Below, piece by piece: positions 45,627-55,271 of a stretch of 64,000 nucleotides of DNA. Position 1 is the first letter of the stretch. Each line of letters opens with the position of its first letter. Made by a program: the position numbers and the translations under genes. The notes beneath the pieces were generated by a model. It had not been told where the DNA came from and did not search any database. It saw only the letters and a list, made by a program, of their open reading frames with translations. Source of the stretch: a virus. The stretch spans positions 806 through 64,805 of IMG/VR virus record IMGVR_UViG_3300037310_000240; one strand, 5' to 3'.

Positions 45627-45998
45627 TTATGCCGCTGGCGGGCCTTGGGTGGGCGGCTCGCCCGGCGGCTCCGTGGCGGGTGGCTTCGCCTTGGGTTTGC
45701 GGATCGGGATCGGAGCCTTCGGCTTTCCGCCCTCCACGGCCTTGAGCGGCGGCTTCGTGGCGCCGATCGTCGTCTTGATGTAGTCCCCGGCGTCGGCCGA
45801 CATCTTGAAATCGGTTTTTGATTCGACGTTGAGCAGCGCCCTCGACATCAGGATGTTCGCCTTCGCCGTCTCGATCGCCGGACTGCCCTGATCCTTCATC
45901 AGCGGGATCGCGATGCTGAACAGCACATCCTCCAGCGAGCGCAGGGTGGCGAGGTGCGCCCGCAACAACAGCAGCATCATGCGATCTTGGTCCGTCAT
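45627..45998 (-). CDS. hypothetical protein
   Basis: ATGA overlap; Pro-rich tail. Confidence 0.65.
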   Translation of the reverse strand: MTDQDRMMLLLLRAHLATLRSLEDVLFSIAIPLMKDQGSPAIETAKANILMSRALLNVESKTDFKMSADAGDYIKTTIGATKPPLKAVEGGKPKAPIPIRKPKAKPPATEPPGEPPTQGPPAA

Positions 45999-46228
45999 GC
46001 CGGCGTCAGGGTCAGGTTCTCGTTGTCGGACATGTCGGCGCCGAGTCCGACCGCGTTCTGGACATCCTCGGGGTTCTTGCCCAACAGCTGTTCCTGCTTC
46101 GCGATCGTCGCGGAAATGGTGTTGCGCGCGACGTAGGCCACCGCCTGCTGGCGGTTCTTTGCGCGCACGAGCGACTGCGTGATCTTGCCGTTTACGTTCT
46201 GCAGCACTACGTAGATCCTCGGTTCCAT
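45995..46228 (-). CDS. small hypothetical protein
   Basis: SD AAAGGA; RIYVV...LVRAKNRQQAVAYVA. Confidence 0.65.
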   Translation of the reverse strand: MEPRIYVVLQNVNGKITQSLVRAKNRQQAVAYVARNTISATIAKQEQLLGKNPEDVQNAVGLGADMSDNENLTLTPA

Positions 46229-46680
46229 CGTTTTCCTTTCTCTTTCGGTTGTTGGTTGCTCGAACATTCGTTGTGAAGTTTTTTGTGGCAGGATTGGCAA
46301 AGCCACCTAATCTGCAGCGGCTTGTCGTAACTGTCGTGATGCGCTACCGAACGTCCATCCCCACACCGCTCGCACGGTAGACGTTCGATACGGCCGCTGC
46401 GCAACGCGCGCGCCACGGCGTTGTGACAGCGCATGCGCCGATGATCTTCCCTTCGCCATTGCTTTGTATATGCGATGGAGGCCGCAAGATGGCGCGGCTC
46501 GGTTGCGCGCGCCCTGTCATAGGCGCGGTAACGCTCGATGTTGAGTGTGCGGTTCTTTTGCACGGCCTCCCTGTGGCAAATTTTGCAGTGAGCAAGCAGC
46601 CCATCCTTTGTGTACGGGTGTGAGTAAAAGTCAGAGCGCGGCCTTGAGGCGCCGCATTTCGTGCAGGTTTTCTTTCCCAT
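46207..46680 (-). CDS. HNH-type endonuclease with Zn-finger N-terminus
   Basis: CTKC...CKIC, CERCG, AHHDSYDKPL.IRWLCQSCH...H; lower GC. Confidence 0.8.
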   Translation of the reverse strand: MGKKTCTKCGASRPRSDFYSHPYTKDGLLAHCKICHREAVQKNRTLNIERYRAYDRARATEPRHLAASIAYTKQWRREDHRRMRCHNAVARALRSGRIERLPCERCGDGRSVAHHDSYDKPLQIRWLCQSCHKKLHNECSSNQQPKEKGKRWNRGST

Positions 46681-47131
46681 AGTGGATGCGCTCGCGGGCG
46701 GTTGAACGAGCGGTCAGCATAGCATAGAAAGGGTCTGAGACGTTATAAAGGAACGGAATATCGTCCTCCATGTCGTCGAAGTGGCCGCGCGGCTTGTCGG
46801 CCTTGTCCTTGCCGGCCGGCTCGTCGTCACGGTCGCGCCCGGGGCGGCGATCCTCGCCACTCGGTGCCGCCCCACGGCCCGAATCGCGATCGTCGCCGCC
46901 CCTGCGCCCTCCACCACCGCGTTGCTCTTCGCAGGGGTCGCCGATCGACAGGCTGATTGCCCTGCGCTTGTTGCCTTTCTTGTCCTCGTACTCGAAGAAC
47001 CAAGCGGCCAGCCAATGCTCGGTTCCCTCGATGTTGATGCGCCCCCGCATGTCGGGATGTTTCTCGGTTTCCTTGTCGTTGTTCTTGAACAGGACCCCGC
47101 GATTCGTGTTGTCGTATTCCTTACGCGGCAT
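46631..47131 (-). CDS. single-stranded DNA-binding protein
   Basis: GVLFKN..K...HPD.RG.I.I.G...WLAAW, Gly/acidic linker and FDDMEDDIPF. Confidence 0.75.
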   Translation of the reverse strand: MPRKEYDNTNRGVLFKNNDKETEKHPDMRGRINIEGTEHWLAAWFFEYEDKKGNKRRAISLSIGDPCEEQRGGGGRRGGDDRDSGRGAAPSGEDRRPGRDRDDEPAGKDKADKPRGHFDDMEDDIPFLYNVSDPFYAMLTARSTARERIHYGKENLHEMRRLKAAL

Positions 47132-47759
47132 TGTCGTCTCCGGTCTTGGGTTTCTTCAGGCTGGCCACGCCCTTCGCCTCTTTCTTCTCGGGGTTGCGCA
47201 GCCGGTTCAGTTGCTGCTCATACACCTCCGAGAGGCGCGCCTTCACGCCGGGGTTTTCCTTCACGAAGGCGACGATTTCCGTGACCATCAATTCCAAATC
47301 CTCGGTCCGCTTGCAGGCGAGAATCTTGTGGGCCAGTTCCTCGGTGAGGGAGGTTAGGCCGCGCGGCAAATCCTCCCCGGCGTAGATGTACAGGCCGATG
47401 CCGTGCAGCGCGATCGCCTTGGCGAGGCAGCGCATCATCGTCGTGTTCAGGTCGAACGCGTCGAAGTCGGGGATCGCCCGGTTCTTGTAGTCGATGATCG
47501 GCATCTGCACCGTGCGGCTGCGGCCGAACGCCTTCACTGTGCAGATCACCATGCCGGTGTTGCTGGCGCCGACGATGAAGTACGGCTTGCCATCCCACAC
47601 CGCGTAATTCCACTCCGCCTCGGGGTCCTCCATCAACAGCAACTCGACCATCTTGACCCACGATATGTAGGAGAGGTCGTTCTTGCGCTCGATGAACTCG
47701 GTGACATTCAGTTCCTTGAGGTCCCTGAACGTCTTGGTGGCAACCGCAGGCGTGGCCAT
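47121..47759 (-). CDS. Sak/Rad52-like ssDNA annealing protein (DUF1071-like)
   Basis: NV..FIERKNDLSYISW and MRCLAKAIALHGIGLYIYAGEDLP. Confidence 0.85.
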   Translation of the reverse strand: MATPAVATKTFRDLKELNVTEFIERKNDLSYISWVKMVELLLMEDPEAEWNYAVWDGKPYFIVGASNTGMVICTVKAFGRSRTVQMPIIDYKNRAIPDFDAFDLNTTMMRCLAKAIALHGIGLYIYAGEDLPRGLTSLTEELAHKILACKRTEDLELMVTEIVAFVKENPGVKARLSEVYEQQLNRLRNPEKKEAKGVASLKKPKTGDDNAA

Positions 47760-47760
47760 G

Positions 47761-48672
47761 CTATCTCCCGATCCTGAACACACGCGCGCCCGGACGAACG
47801 CGCTTCACCTTCTCGTACACCTCCGGGTGGTCGCGCTTCAGTGCATCGGCGTCCACCACCTCACCATCCTTGTTGTACTTCCATGTGGCGACTGTCTTGC
47901 CCTCGAAGGTCAGCACCTCGTTCTCGGCCATCGCTTCCTTGATGCGACCCTCGATCGCGTCTGCGGTGGCTTGCAACCCCGAGATTTCCGCCTTCGTCTC
48001 GCGCAGCAGGCGCGCATCCGCAACGATCAGCGCGCTCGCCTCCACGGAGGTCTGCGTCACCTTGCCCTTGGGCCACGCCTGATTCAGAAGGTGCTTCGGG
48101 CGCGGCGGCGGAATCTTGGCGACCACGTGGTTGTTCCAGAAGTCGATCGACGCCTTCAGCATGTCCTGCGTCACATCCGGGTCCGGGCGCACCACGTAGC
48201 TGCGCAGGCGGTTGCCGCCGATCAGGGCAGCGACGTACCCGACCTTTGAGTTCGTCACCTCGATGTAGTGCAGAACCTGTGTCAGATAGTACGGCGGGAT
48301 GTGGTCGGTTCCTTCGTCGCCCCACTCGTCCGCCATGTACTCGCCGACCACCTTCACTTCGAGAATGGCATCCTCGTCCACGACCTTGAAGTCCGGGTTC
48401 GCGATCAGGAAGTGGTGGTCCCGGTGGCGCACGGTGTTCGAGTACGCGACGATCGGCGATCCGTGCCTCGACGCCCACTCGTTCGCCACCGCATCCTCCA
48501 GCAGCTTGCCCCACCGCATCGCCTCGGTTTCTTCCTTGGTGGGCAGCCCCTCGACCTTCTCGATGTACACATCGTATGCCGAGTTGAACGGGCTGAGTCC
48601 CACGATGGCGGCGATGTCGCTGCCGCCAAGGCCGGTGCGCCTCTCGGCTAGTTGTTTCTCGGTAAGCGGCAT
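47761..48672 (-). CDS. YqaJ/lambda-exonuclease family recombinase
   Basis: RRTGLGGSDIAAI, WGKLLE, ANPD..LEVK and YLTQV. Confidence 0.92.
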   Translation of the reverse strand: MPLTEKQLAERRTGLGGSDIAAIVGLSPFNSAYDVYIEKVEGLPTKEETEAMRWGKLLEDAVANEWASRHGSPIVAYSNTVRHRDHHFLIANPDFKVVDEDAILEVKVVGEYMADEWGDEGTDHIPPYYLTQVLHYIEVTNSKVGYVAALIGGNRLRSYVVRPDPDVTQDMLKASIDFWNNHVVAKIPPPRPKHLLNQAWPKGKVTQTSVEASALIVADARLLRETKAEISGLQATADAIEGRIKEAMAENEVLTFEGKTVATWKYNKDGEVVDADALKRDHPEVYEKVKRVRPGARVFRIGR

Positions 48673-48693
48673 TTGCTTCCTCCTGTTGGACGC

Positions 48694-48800
48694 ACTCTAC
48701 CCCACCCCACGGCGCTAAGCAACACCAATCAACAGTCGTAACACGAACGTAAGAACAGCTGTCGATTACGCTTGCGGCGTTTCGTTTGTTGGTCCATCAT
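48694..48800. promoter_or_regulatory. divergent promoter pair
   Basis: Leftward TTGCTT-17-TAGAGT (48722-48694), rightward TTGCGG-17-CATCAT (48772-48800); AACAGCTGT between them. Confidence 0.55.
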
Positions 48801-48841
48801 CCCAATCGCACGATCAACGACACGAACAGGAGCCGCCCCAC

Positions 48842-49672
48842 GTGTTCAGCTGGATCAAGGTCGAATGCACCACCCCTGACAAGCCCGAGGTTCACGCGAT
48901 CGCGACCCTTCTCGGGATCCCTCCAGAGCAGGTCGTCGGGCACCTCATTCGATTGTGGGTGTGGGCCGACCAGCAGTCCGTCACCGGCACCATCGTCGCC
49001 GCTCCAGACCCCACCGAGACCCCGAAGCCAGACCCCGAAAAAGGTGTAACGCAGTCGCCGTATACGTTTGCGAAACAAAATCATGTCATCGATGACGTTG
49101 CGCGCATGCCCGGGTTCGCGAGGGCGATGAAAACAGTCGGGTGGTTGAAAGAGAGCAGCGGAAAAATCACCTTCCCGGGGTTTGCACTGCACAACGGGAA
49201 AACAGCGAAGCAGCGGGCACTTACGTACAGGCGCATCAAGGAATTCCGTGCCGCACAAAAGCAAAAAAAGACCTCAACAGCTGTGGAAAACGGTAACGCT
49301 GTTGGCGTATACGTTTCGCAACAAGAGAAAGAGAAAGAATATAGTACCCCTATAGTCCCCACGGCGAGCGCGAAGCGCGTCCTGAAGATCGACCCCGGAC
49401 TGCTGTTCAGGTTCGACACCTTCTGGAACGCGTACCCCCGCAAGGTGGCGAAGCCCGCCGCGCTGCGCGCGTGGGTCCAGTTGAAGCCCGACACCAACCT
49501 GACGACCAAGATCATCGACTCCGTGAACGCGCACTGCCACACCGAGCAGTGGCTACGCGATTCCGGCCAGTACATCCCACACCCAGCCACCTTCCTGAAC
49601 CAGCGCCGCTTCGAGGATGCGCCGGCCGCGCCGGCACGGCCCGGGGGTGATCCGTTCAAGGGGGCAACATGA
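48842..49672 (+). CDS. replication initiator (O/DnaT-like)
   Basis: WIKV..TPDKPEV, LIRLWVWAD, FDTFWNAYPRKVAK and YIPHPATFLNQRRFED. Confidence 0.8.
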   Translation: MFSWIKVECTTPDKPEVHAIATLLGIPPEQVVGHLIRLWVWADQQSVTGTIVAAPDPTETPKPDPEKGVTQSPYTFAKQNHVIDDVARMPGFARAMKTVGWLKESSGKITFPGFALHNGKTAKQRALTYRRIKEFRAAQKQKKTSTAVENGNAVGVYVSQQEKEKEYSTPIVPTASAKRVLKIDPGLLFRFDTFWNAYPRKVAKPAALRAWVQLKPDTNLTTKIIDSVNAHCHTEQWLRDSGQYIPHPATFLNQRRFEDAPAAPARPGGDPFKGAT

Positions 49673-50073
49673 TCCTCGTCACCGGCTACCGTGAGTTGCG
49701 GCGGATGCGCGAGAGGGGGCGCCGCCCGGTTGGCCCGGTGCTGTTGTGCGACCGCATGGACGTAACCCGCCGCATGCGGCATCAGTTCGACAGCCACGTG
49801 CTGTACTTCTGCGAGGGTGTGAGGCCGGACGAAGTAGACCTGTCGGACCTGCGCGGCTTGGTGGTCCACCTGTTGTTGACCCGCACCCCACCCGAGCAGG
49901 TGGCGCGGCTCGCGAACAAGTTGATCGAGAAGGTGAGGGTGAGCGGTTTGGCCGATCGCGGCGAGGTTTTGCACGGCGAGTCCGAGTGCGCCAAGGAAAT
50001 AGTGCGTTGGTTGGTGGCGAGGGCGAAGATCAGCAAGAGAAAGGTTGCGAGTGGCGACGATCATCGTCCCTGA
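49669..50073 (+). CDS. hypothetical protein
   Basis: ATGA overlap in the replication operon. Confidence 0.6.
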   Translation: MILVTGYRELRRMRERGRRPVGPVLLCDRMDVTRRMRHQFDSHVLYFCEGVRPDEVDLSDLRGLVVHLLLTRTPPEQVARLANKLIEKVRVSGLADRGEVLHGESECAKEIVRWLVARAKISKRKVASGDDHRP

Positions 50074-51016
50074 CGAGATTGACCTGTCGGCCTTCGAGGC
50101 CGAGGAAGGCGGCGCCAAGGTGCGCCCAGCCTCCTACTGGGCCGACAAGGTGATCGAGCGCATGTACCCGCCGGCCGGCTCCACGCTGGCCGGCGCCTGC
50201 CTGCCGTGGGGCAAGACGCACGGGAACATCCGGCTGCGTCCGGGCGAGGTGTCGCTGTGGCCCGGCATCAACGGGCACGGCAAGTCGATCCTGACCTCGC
50301 ACGTGGCGCTGTCGTTGTGCTGCCACGGTGAGAGGGTGTTGATCGCGTCTATGGAAATGAAGCCCGAGGCCACGCTGGCGCGCATGTCTCGACAGCTGTC
50401 GGGGCACCAAGACCCGGCGATCAAGATGATTCGCTCGTTCCTGTCGTGGAGCGATGATCGCCTGTGGTTGTACGATCAGCTTGGCACGGTGCATCCGATG
50501 CGCATGGCGGCGGTGGTGCGCTACGGCATCGAGAAGCTGGGCATCACCCACTTCTTCATCGACTCGTTGATGAAGGTGGTCCACGCCGAGGACGACTACA
50601 ACGCGCAGAAGTCGTTCGTGGACAACCTGTGCGTGATCGCGCGCGACAACGGTGTGCATGTACACCTGATCCACCACAGCAAGAAACTCTCGGACGAGTT
50701 CTCTCCGCCCGGCAAGTTCGACGCGAAGGGAACCGGCGCGATCACCGACCTCGTGGACAACGTGTTCACCACGTGGCGGAACAAGCGCAAGGAAGAAAAG
50801 GTGGCGAGAGGGGACGCCGTGGACAAGGGCGAGCCGGATGCGATGGTGATCTGCGACAAGCAGCGCCACGGCGAGTGGGAGGGCCGCATCGCCCTGTGGT
50901 ATCACAAGGAATCGATGCAGTACCTGCCGCAGCCGGCGTCGTTGCCGGCGCAGTACTCTCAGCTGATGGACAGTGGATCCGAGGCCCCCGCTGTTATTGA
51001 GGGGGTGGAACTGTGA
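50051..51016 (+). CDS. DnaB-like SF4 replicative helicase
   Basis: GINGHGKS Walker A, SMEM, FFIDSL, GTGAITDLVDN and KQRHG. Confidence 0.9.
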   Translation: MATIIVPDEIDLSAFEAEEGGAKVRPASYWADKVIERMYPPAGSTLAGACLPWGKTHGNIRLRPGEVSLWPGINGHGKSILTSHVALSLCCHGERVLIASMEMKPEATLARMSRQLSGHQDPAIKMIRSFLSWSDDRLWLYDQLGTVHPMRMAAVVRYGIEKLGITHFFIDSLMKVVHAEDDYNAQKSFVDNLCVIARDNGVHVHLIHHSKKLSDEFSPPGKFDAKGTGAITDLVDNVFTTWRNKRKEEKVARGDAVDKGEPDAMVICDKQRHGEWEGRIALWYHKESMQYLPQPASLPAQYSQLMDSGSEAPAVIEGVEL

Positions 51017-51234
51017 CCACGAGGGAGAACAACAGGCGGATGTTCCCAGCAACAGCTGTTTTCGTGGACGAAATGCGCCGGGTCTTTGGCGAGGGAGTCC
51101 GGGTGATCCGGGCAACCGAGGGTGGCCGCACGATCGGAGAGCCGGACGACGCGGTGTACGCGCAGGCAACACCGATGGCGTCGTTCAACAAGGGAGGGAA
51201 GGATGGCCGACCAAACAGCAGACGACGTAGTTGA
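51013..51234 (+). CDS. small hypothetical protein
   Basis: GTGA overlap; FVDEMRRVFG. Confidence 0.6.
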   Translation: MTTRENNRRMFPATAVFVDEMRRVFGEGVRVIRATEGGRTIGEPDDAVYAQATPMASFNKGGKDGRPNSRRRS

Positions 51235-51556
51235 AAAGCGGATGCTCAACCTGCGGCGCTTCGCCCACGATTGGGCGAAGGCGAGGGCCGAGGTGACGTA
51301 CCTTGAGGAGTTCCGTAAGGCGAAGCTGGCGATGCTGATGAAGAAAGCCGAGGTCGATGGGCACAAGACCGCCGCCGCGCAGGAGCGGGAGGCGTACGCT
51401 GACCCCGAGTACATGGAGTTCCTGAAGGCGCTGAAGATCGCGACCGAGGCCGAGGCGCGGCTGCGCTACGAGGTCAAGGTGCTGGAGGCATCGATCGAGG
51501 TGTGGCGCACCCAACAGGCGAACGAGAGGCTGGAGCGCCGGGGGTACGATGCCTGA
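51203..51556 (+). CDS. helical protein, UvsY-like recombination mediator candidate
   Basis: SD GGAGG; EREAYADPEY...WRTQQANER coiled coil. Confidence 0.55.
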   Translation: MADQTADDVVEKRMLNLRRFAHDWAKARAEVTYLEEFRKAKLAMLMKKAEVDGHKTAAAQEREAYADPEYMEFLKALKIATEAEARLRYEVKVLEASIEVWRTQQANERLERRGYDA

Positions 51557-51773
51557 TCTGGTTCTCATGACCATCGACGCCGACGACGGGCACATCGTTT
51601 GCATGCTGGCGCCGCCGCCCGGCTATACGCACCAGCACTACGGTTTGGTGGTGGCCGATCTTCTGCGCCACATTGCAAACGCCTACGGCGTCAGCGTCGA
51701 GGATGTGTTGCCGTGGGTGAACAAGGAACCCGATAACCCCACCTCTCCGATCGAGGGATGGCGTGTTCAATGA
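51549..51773 (+). CDS. hypothetical protein
   Basis: Overlapping operon structure. Confidence 0.6.
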   Translation: MPDLVLMTIDADDGHIVCMLAPPPGYTHQHYGLVVADLLRHIANAYGVSVEDVLPWVNKEPDNPTSPIEGWRVQ

Positions 51774-51786
51774 GGAGAAAAGAGAA

Positions 51787-51990
51787 ATGAACGATCTGTA
51801 CATGCGTCTCAACTACGAGCAGTACAAGCACCTTGAGGAGCAGCTTGCCGAATTCAAGCAGAGGGAGACCACACACCGCACGGTGGAAGGTGGGTATCAC
51901 AAGGCGTTCCGTCTGCAAGTCACCGAGACGCTGTTGATCGAGTTCCAAGGGCCGCTGATTAAGCCGCCCCTTGAACAGGAGGGAAAGTGA
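51787..51990 (+). CDS. hypothetical protein
   Basis: Purine-rich leader GAGGAG; 67 aa. Confidence 0.6.
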   Translation: MNDLYMRLNYEQYKHLEEQLAEFKQRETTHRTVEGGYHKAFRLQVTETLLIEFQGPLIKPPLEQEGK

Positions 51991-52089
51991 CCGCCCCCGC
52001 CGACCTGATCCGCAGAGCATGGGCCGACGCCGCACAGAGGCTCAAATGACCAAACTCGACCCGGCGACGCTACGCGAGGAAAGCAAACA

Positions 52090-52575
52090 ATGAATCGCGT
52101 TCCGGTCCAGTTGACGAAAGACGAATTGTTGTACGCCGCGAAGGTGGCCGCGCACAGACAGGTGTCGAACCTGTTCAATGGTGCCGCGCATCGCTACGGA
52201 GCGAGCGGTCAGCATGCGTGGCAGATGCACATCGAAGGGTGTCTTGGTGAAGCTGCGGTCGCGAAGCACTATGGTCTGGAATGGGATGGCGCGATCGGCA
52301 ACTACCGCGCGAAGGATGCCGGGCCGCTGCAGGTTCGTTCCACGTGGTACAGGAAGGGCATGTTGTGCATTCATCCCAGCGACGACGACGATGATGCGTT
52401 TGTGCTGGCGATCACGTGCGACGAGCCGGTGATCGTGCTTATAGGGTGGTCGTACGGCGTCGAGGCAAAGCGAGGGCGTTACTGGCGCACGGCGCCGGGG
52501 CGCGACGATCGCCCGGCGTATTGGGTCCCGCAGCCAGACCTGCGCCCGATGTCGCAGCTTGAGGTGAGTCGGTGA
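52090..52575 (+). CDS. hypothetical protein, possible PD-(D/E)xK-like
   Basis: EGCLGEAAVAK...D...QVRST; SD GAGGA. Confidence 0.65.
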   Translation: MNRVPVQLTKDELLYAAKVAAHRQVSNLFNGAAHRYGASGQHAWQMHIEGCLGEAAVAKHYGLEWDGAIGNYRAKDAGPLQVRSTWYRKGMLCIHPSDDDDDAFVLAITCDEPVIVLIGWSYGVEAKRGRYWRTAPGRDDRPAYWVPQPDLRPMSQLEVSR

Positions 52576-52910
52576 GCATCGAAATTGCAAACCCGATGGA
52601 GTCCAGTTACCTTGCCCGGGTGAAGATGCTGCCGTGCGTGTTGTGCGCCGAGCGCATCGGCAGGGAGACGATGTTCTCGGAGGCGCACCACTTGCTCGGC
52701 GAAAACCACAAGCGCGTCAGTCACTACCTCACGATCCCGTTGTGCGAGGAACATCATCGCGGCAAGACCGGGGTGCATGGGGTCGGCGGTCGGCGCGGAT
52801 TCGAGCGTCGATGGAAAACCACCGAGCAACAGCTGTTGGGGCTGACGATCGAAATGCTGGAGCGCATGCGTCATGGCCTCCCGCCGTGGCTGGGGAAACT
52901 CAGTGACTGA
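52572..52910 (+). CDS. Ref/DUF968-like HNH-fold nuclease
   Basis: PCVLC...EAHH...TIPLCEEHH..GVH. Confidence 0.75.
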   Translation: MSIEIANPMESSYLARVKMLPCVLCAERIGRETMFSEAHHLLGENHKRVSHYLTIPLCEEHHRGKTGVHGVGGRRGFERRWKTTEQQLLGLTIEMLERMRHGLPPWLGKLSD

Positions 52911-53172
52911 CGACGAGCGCAAGGAATCCGAGGCGCTGGTCGTGACCGTGCTGGAGGAAACGAAGGCGCTCGCCCTCAAGGACAAGCCGGTCGGCGTGTT
53001 TGTGATCCTGTTCTACGACGATCAGGGATACCGACGCTCCGCCGGCAGGTTTTCTACCGAGGCGCTGCACATTATGATGCAGCGAGCGTTGGTCGAGGCG
53101 TACGGGGACGAGACCAAGGCGGCGCAGGTATTCGCCGCGATGCGCGAGGCCGCTGGGGCGGTCAAGCATTGA
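52903..53172 (+). CDS. hypothetical protein
   Basis: Operon continuity. Confidence 0.55.
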   Translation: MTDDERKESEALVVTVLEETKALALKDKPVGVFVILFYDDQGYRRSAGRFSTEALHIMMQRALVEAYGDETKAAQVFAAMREAAGAVKH

Positions 53173-53387
53173 ACTCGAAGCGGGTAAAGCTGATGGGTGG
53201 GCCGGCGGATGGGCGCTTGTATGCCGTGCCCTCTCACAAGATCGAGTTCAGGGTTGCTGTGGCGACACCGCTGCGGATGATGGCGCAGGTTGATCCCGGC
53301 CAGTTGAACGAGGCGCCTCTGTTCAAGTGCGCGGTGTACGCCATCTTCGATACGGTTGGGTTCTATGTCGGCACGAGGGAGGGGTGA
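53169..53387 (+). CDS. small hypothetical protein
   Basis: GGPADG motif, common in small phage proteins. Confidence 0.55.
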   Translation: MNSKRVKLMGGPADGRLYAVPSHKIEFRVAVATPLRMMAQVDPGQLNEAPLFKCAVYAIFDTVGFYVGTREG

Positions 53388-53803
53388 TGGGGTTGAAGTC
53401 GAGGCGGAAGGGAAAGGTCTACGAGCGGGAGGTGTGCGCCGAGGTGAACGCTGCGCTGCGCTTGAAGGGAGGAAACGAGGTGGGGAGGAATCTCGGGCAG
53501 GAGAGGGACAGCGGGAATGACATCACGCTGACGAAGCCCGAGCCGATGAAGGGGAGGTACGTAATCGAGGCGAAGCGGCGGCAACAGCTGTCGTCGCTGT
53601 ACAGGTGGCTCGATCAAGCGCGCGAGGCAGCGCGCTCGCCGAGCGATACGCCGATCGTGGTGACGCGACAGGACAACAGGGAGAGCATCGCCATCCTGCC
53701 GTTCACCGAGTTGCTGCGCCTGCTGGCGGACGAGAGGGTCGCCGCCAACATCATCAATACAATTCCACCTGACGCGCCGCCATCAGTGACATCCTCGCCA
53801 TGA
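53387..53803 (+). CDS. Holliday junction resolvase-like PD-(D/E)xK nuclease
   Basis: SRRKGKVYERE, GNDI, IEAKRR and WLDQA. Confidence 0.8.
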   Translation: MGLKSRRKGKVYEREVCAEVNAALRLKGGNEVGRNLGQERDSGNDITLTKPEPMKGRYVIEAKRRQQLSSLYRWLDQAREAARSPSDTPIVVTRQDNRESIAILPFTELLRLLADERVAANIINTIPPDAPPSVTSSP

Positions 53804-54563
53804 CGTTCGCCTTGGCGGGGTCGTCCGACCACATCCACGGAACCCGCGTGTCGATCGCGTAGAGCGTGTAGTGCTTGCCTGACAGCTGTTCTGGCGGGAT
53901 GGCCTTGCTGTCGGCCCAGTCGATGAAGTCCAGTTCCATCCCCCATGCCGCGAACCTGCACACGCCGGGAAGGTTGGCTGCGATCTTCTGCATGTCGGGG
54001 CGCAGGTTCTGATCCCCGATGTTCGGCCAGATGTCGATCGCCGCGAGGTCGAAGTGCTGCTGGTCTCGGAACAGAAGCATGTCGCTGTTCACCACGGAAA
54101 TCTTTTTGCGAACGCTCTCCGGCCATTCGCGGAGGTTGGTCTTGAAGATGTTCAGCACATCGAAGCTGTTGTCCACCACCACCACCTCGCTCACGTTGTG
54201 CTTGCGCGCTACGTTGTAGGCCAGCACCCCGATGCCAGCGCCGCCGATCAACACCCGGCCACTCGCCGCCATTGAGTGATGCGCCTGCGACTCCAGTTCC
54301 ATCGGCGTGACCGACATCCACACTTTCTTGCCGTGCATGAGGGTCCAGTTCGGCGTGTTGTCCAGCACCTGCAAGCCGCCGAAGTAGCCTCGGATCATGG
54401 GCGGCATGCGCCGCTTGGTCAACGACCACGTGCCGCCATCGCCGTCGCCGATCTTCATTTCCTTGAGCGGCGGGATTCGCAGCGAGCGGAACGGCGACAC
54501 CGCCCGGGACAGCTGTTCGTATTCCTTTTTTCCTTCGTACAAGATGTCAATAAAGCTACTCAC
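53754..54563 (-). CDS. SAM-dependent methyltransferase (spermidine-synthase-like)
   Basis: WMS.TPME, VLIGGAGIG, VVVVD and FDLAAIDIW. Confidence 0.75.
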   Translation of the reverse strand: MSSFIDILYEGKKEYEQLSRAVSPFRSLRIPPLKEMKIGDGDGGTWSLTKRRMPPMIRGYFGGLQVLDNTPNWTLMHGKKVWMSVTPMELESQAHHSMAASGRVLIGGAGIGVLAYNVARKHNVSEVVVVDNSFDVLNIFKTNLREWPESVRKKISVVNSDMLLFRDQQHFDLAAIDIWPNIGDQNLRPDMQKIAANLPGVCRFAAWGMELDFIDWADSKAIPPEQLSGKHYTLYAIDTRVPWMWSDDPAKANVMARMSLMAARQVELY

Positions 54564-54954
54564 CCGTTGCCTCCTGTTCCTTGGTTGCGAGTTTTGCGAG
54601 GATGCCCAACACCTCCGGCGGCGCGAACATCACGCCGCCTTCTGGTGCCGGGATGTTGAACAGCTTCGAGAACGCGGCCTTGCGCACGTGCGCGATGGTC
54701 CCGGTACGCCACACCGCAGCCGGGTCCACCTCTTTCTCGTCGTGGCCGATGCCGCCTTGCTTCGGGTCTACCTCCACGATCGCGACGTAGCCATCCGCCT
54801 TGCGCTTGGCACAGGCATCACACAGGCCCCAGCCGGTGACAGTGCGCTCCTCGAAGGTGGGACGCAGGCGCCGGTCCATCAGGATCACGCCCGTATCCTT
54901 CGGCGTACCGCAGACCACGCACACGTGTTGCTCTAGCGTCACGTAGGACTTCAT
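54556..54954 (-). CDS. hypothetical Zn-ribbon protein
   Basis: CVVCG...GWGLCDAC. Confidence 0.65.
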   Translation of the reverse strand: MKSYVTLEQHVCVVCGTPKDTGVILMDRRLRPTFEERTVTGWGLCDACAKRKADGYVAIVEVDPKQGGIGHDEKEVDPAAVWRTGTIAHVRKAAFSKLFNIPAPEGGVMFAPPEVLGILAKLATKEQEATGE

Positions 54955-55271
54955 CACGCCGCCTTCGCCACGTTGCGAGCGACGCACCGCACCGAGACGA
55001 ACTCTGTCGCGATCGTGTTGGCGCGGATGAATTGCGGCGACAGCTTCTGCCGCACCGCTGCGATGTCGAGCGATTCGCGGACGCCCTTCGTCACGCTGAC
55101 GCGGAACAGCTGTCCCTCGCCCACGTAGGCCGGGCCATCCTTGCCGCCCTTGGCCAGACCTTCCCCGGCGATCAGGCGCTGCTTGAGAGCATCCCGTTTC
55201 GCTTCGAGGTCGGCGATTTGTGCGGCCAGCAGGCCGTACTCGTCGATGATGTTGCTGTCGATCACTTTCAT
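54954..55271 (-). CDS. hypothetical protein
   Basis: SD ACAGGAGG; IDEYGLL.AQIADLE coiled coil. Confidence 0.65.
   Translation of the reverse strand: MKVIDSNIIDEYGLLAAQIADLEAKRDALKQRLIAGEGLAKGGKDGPAYVGEGQLFRVSVTKGVRESLDIAAVRQKLSPQFIRANTIATEFVSVRCVARNVAKAA

Noticed and set aside
53754-54563. DNA methyltransferase for the ACAGCTGT/CAGCTG motif
   Set aside because: Lacks DPPY/NPPY/SPPY or PC catalytic motifs; looks spermidine-synthase-like
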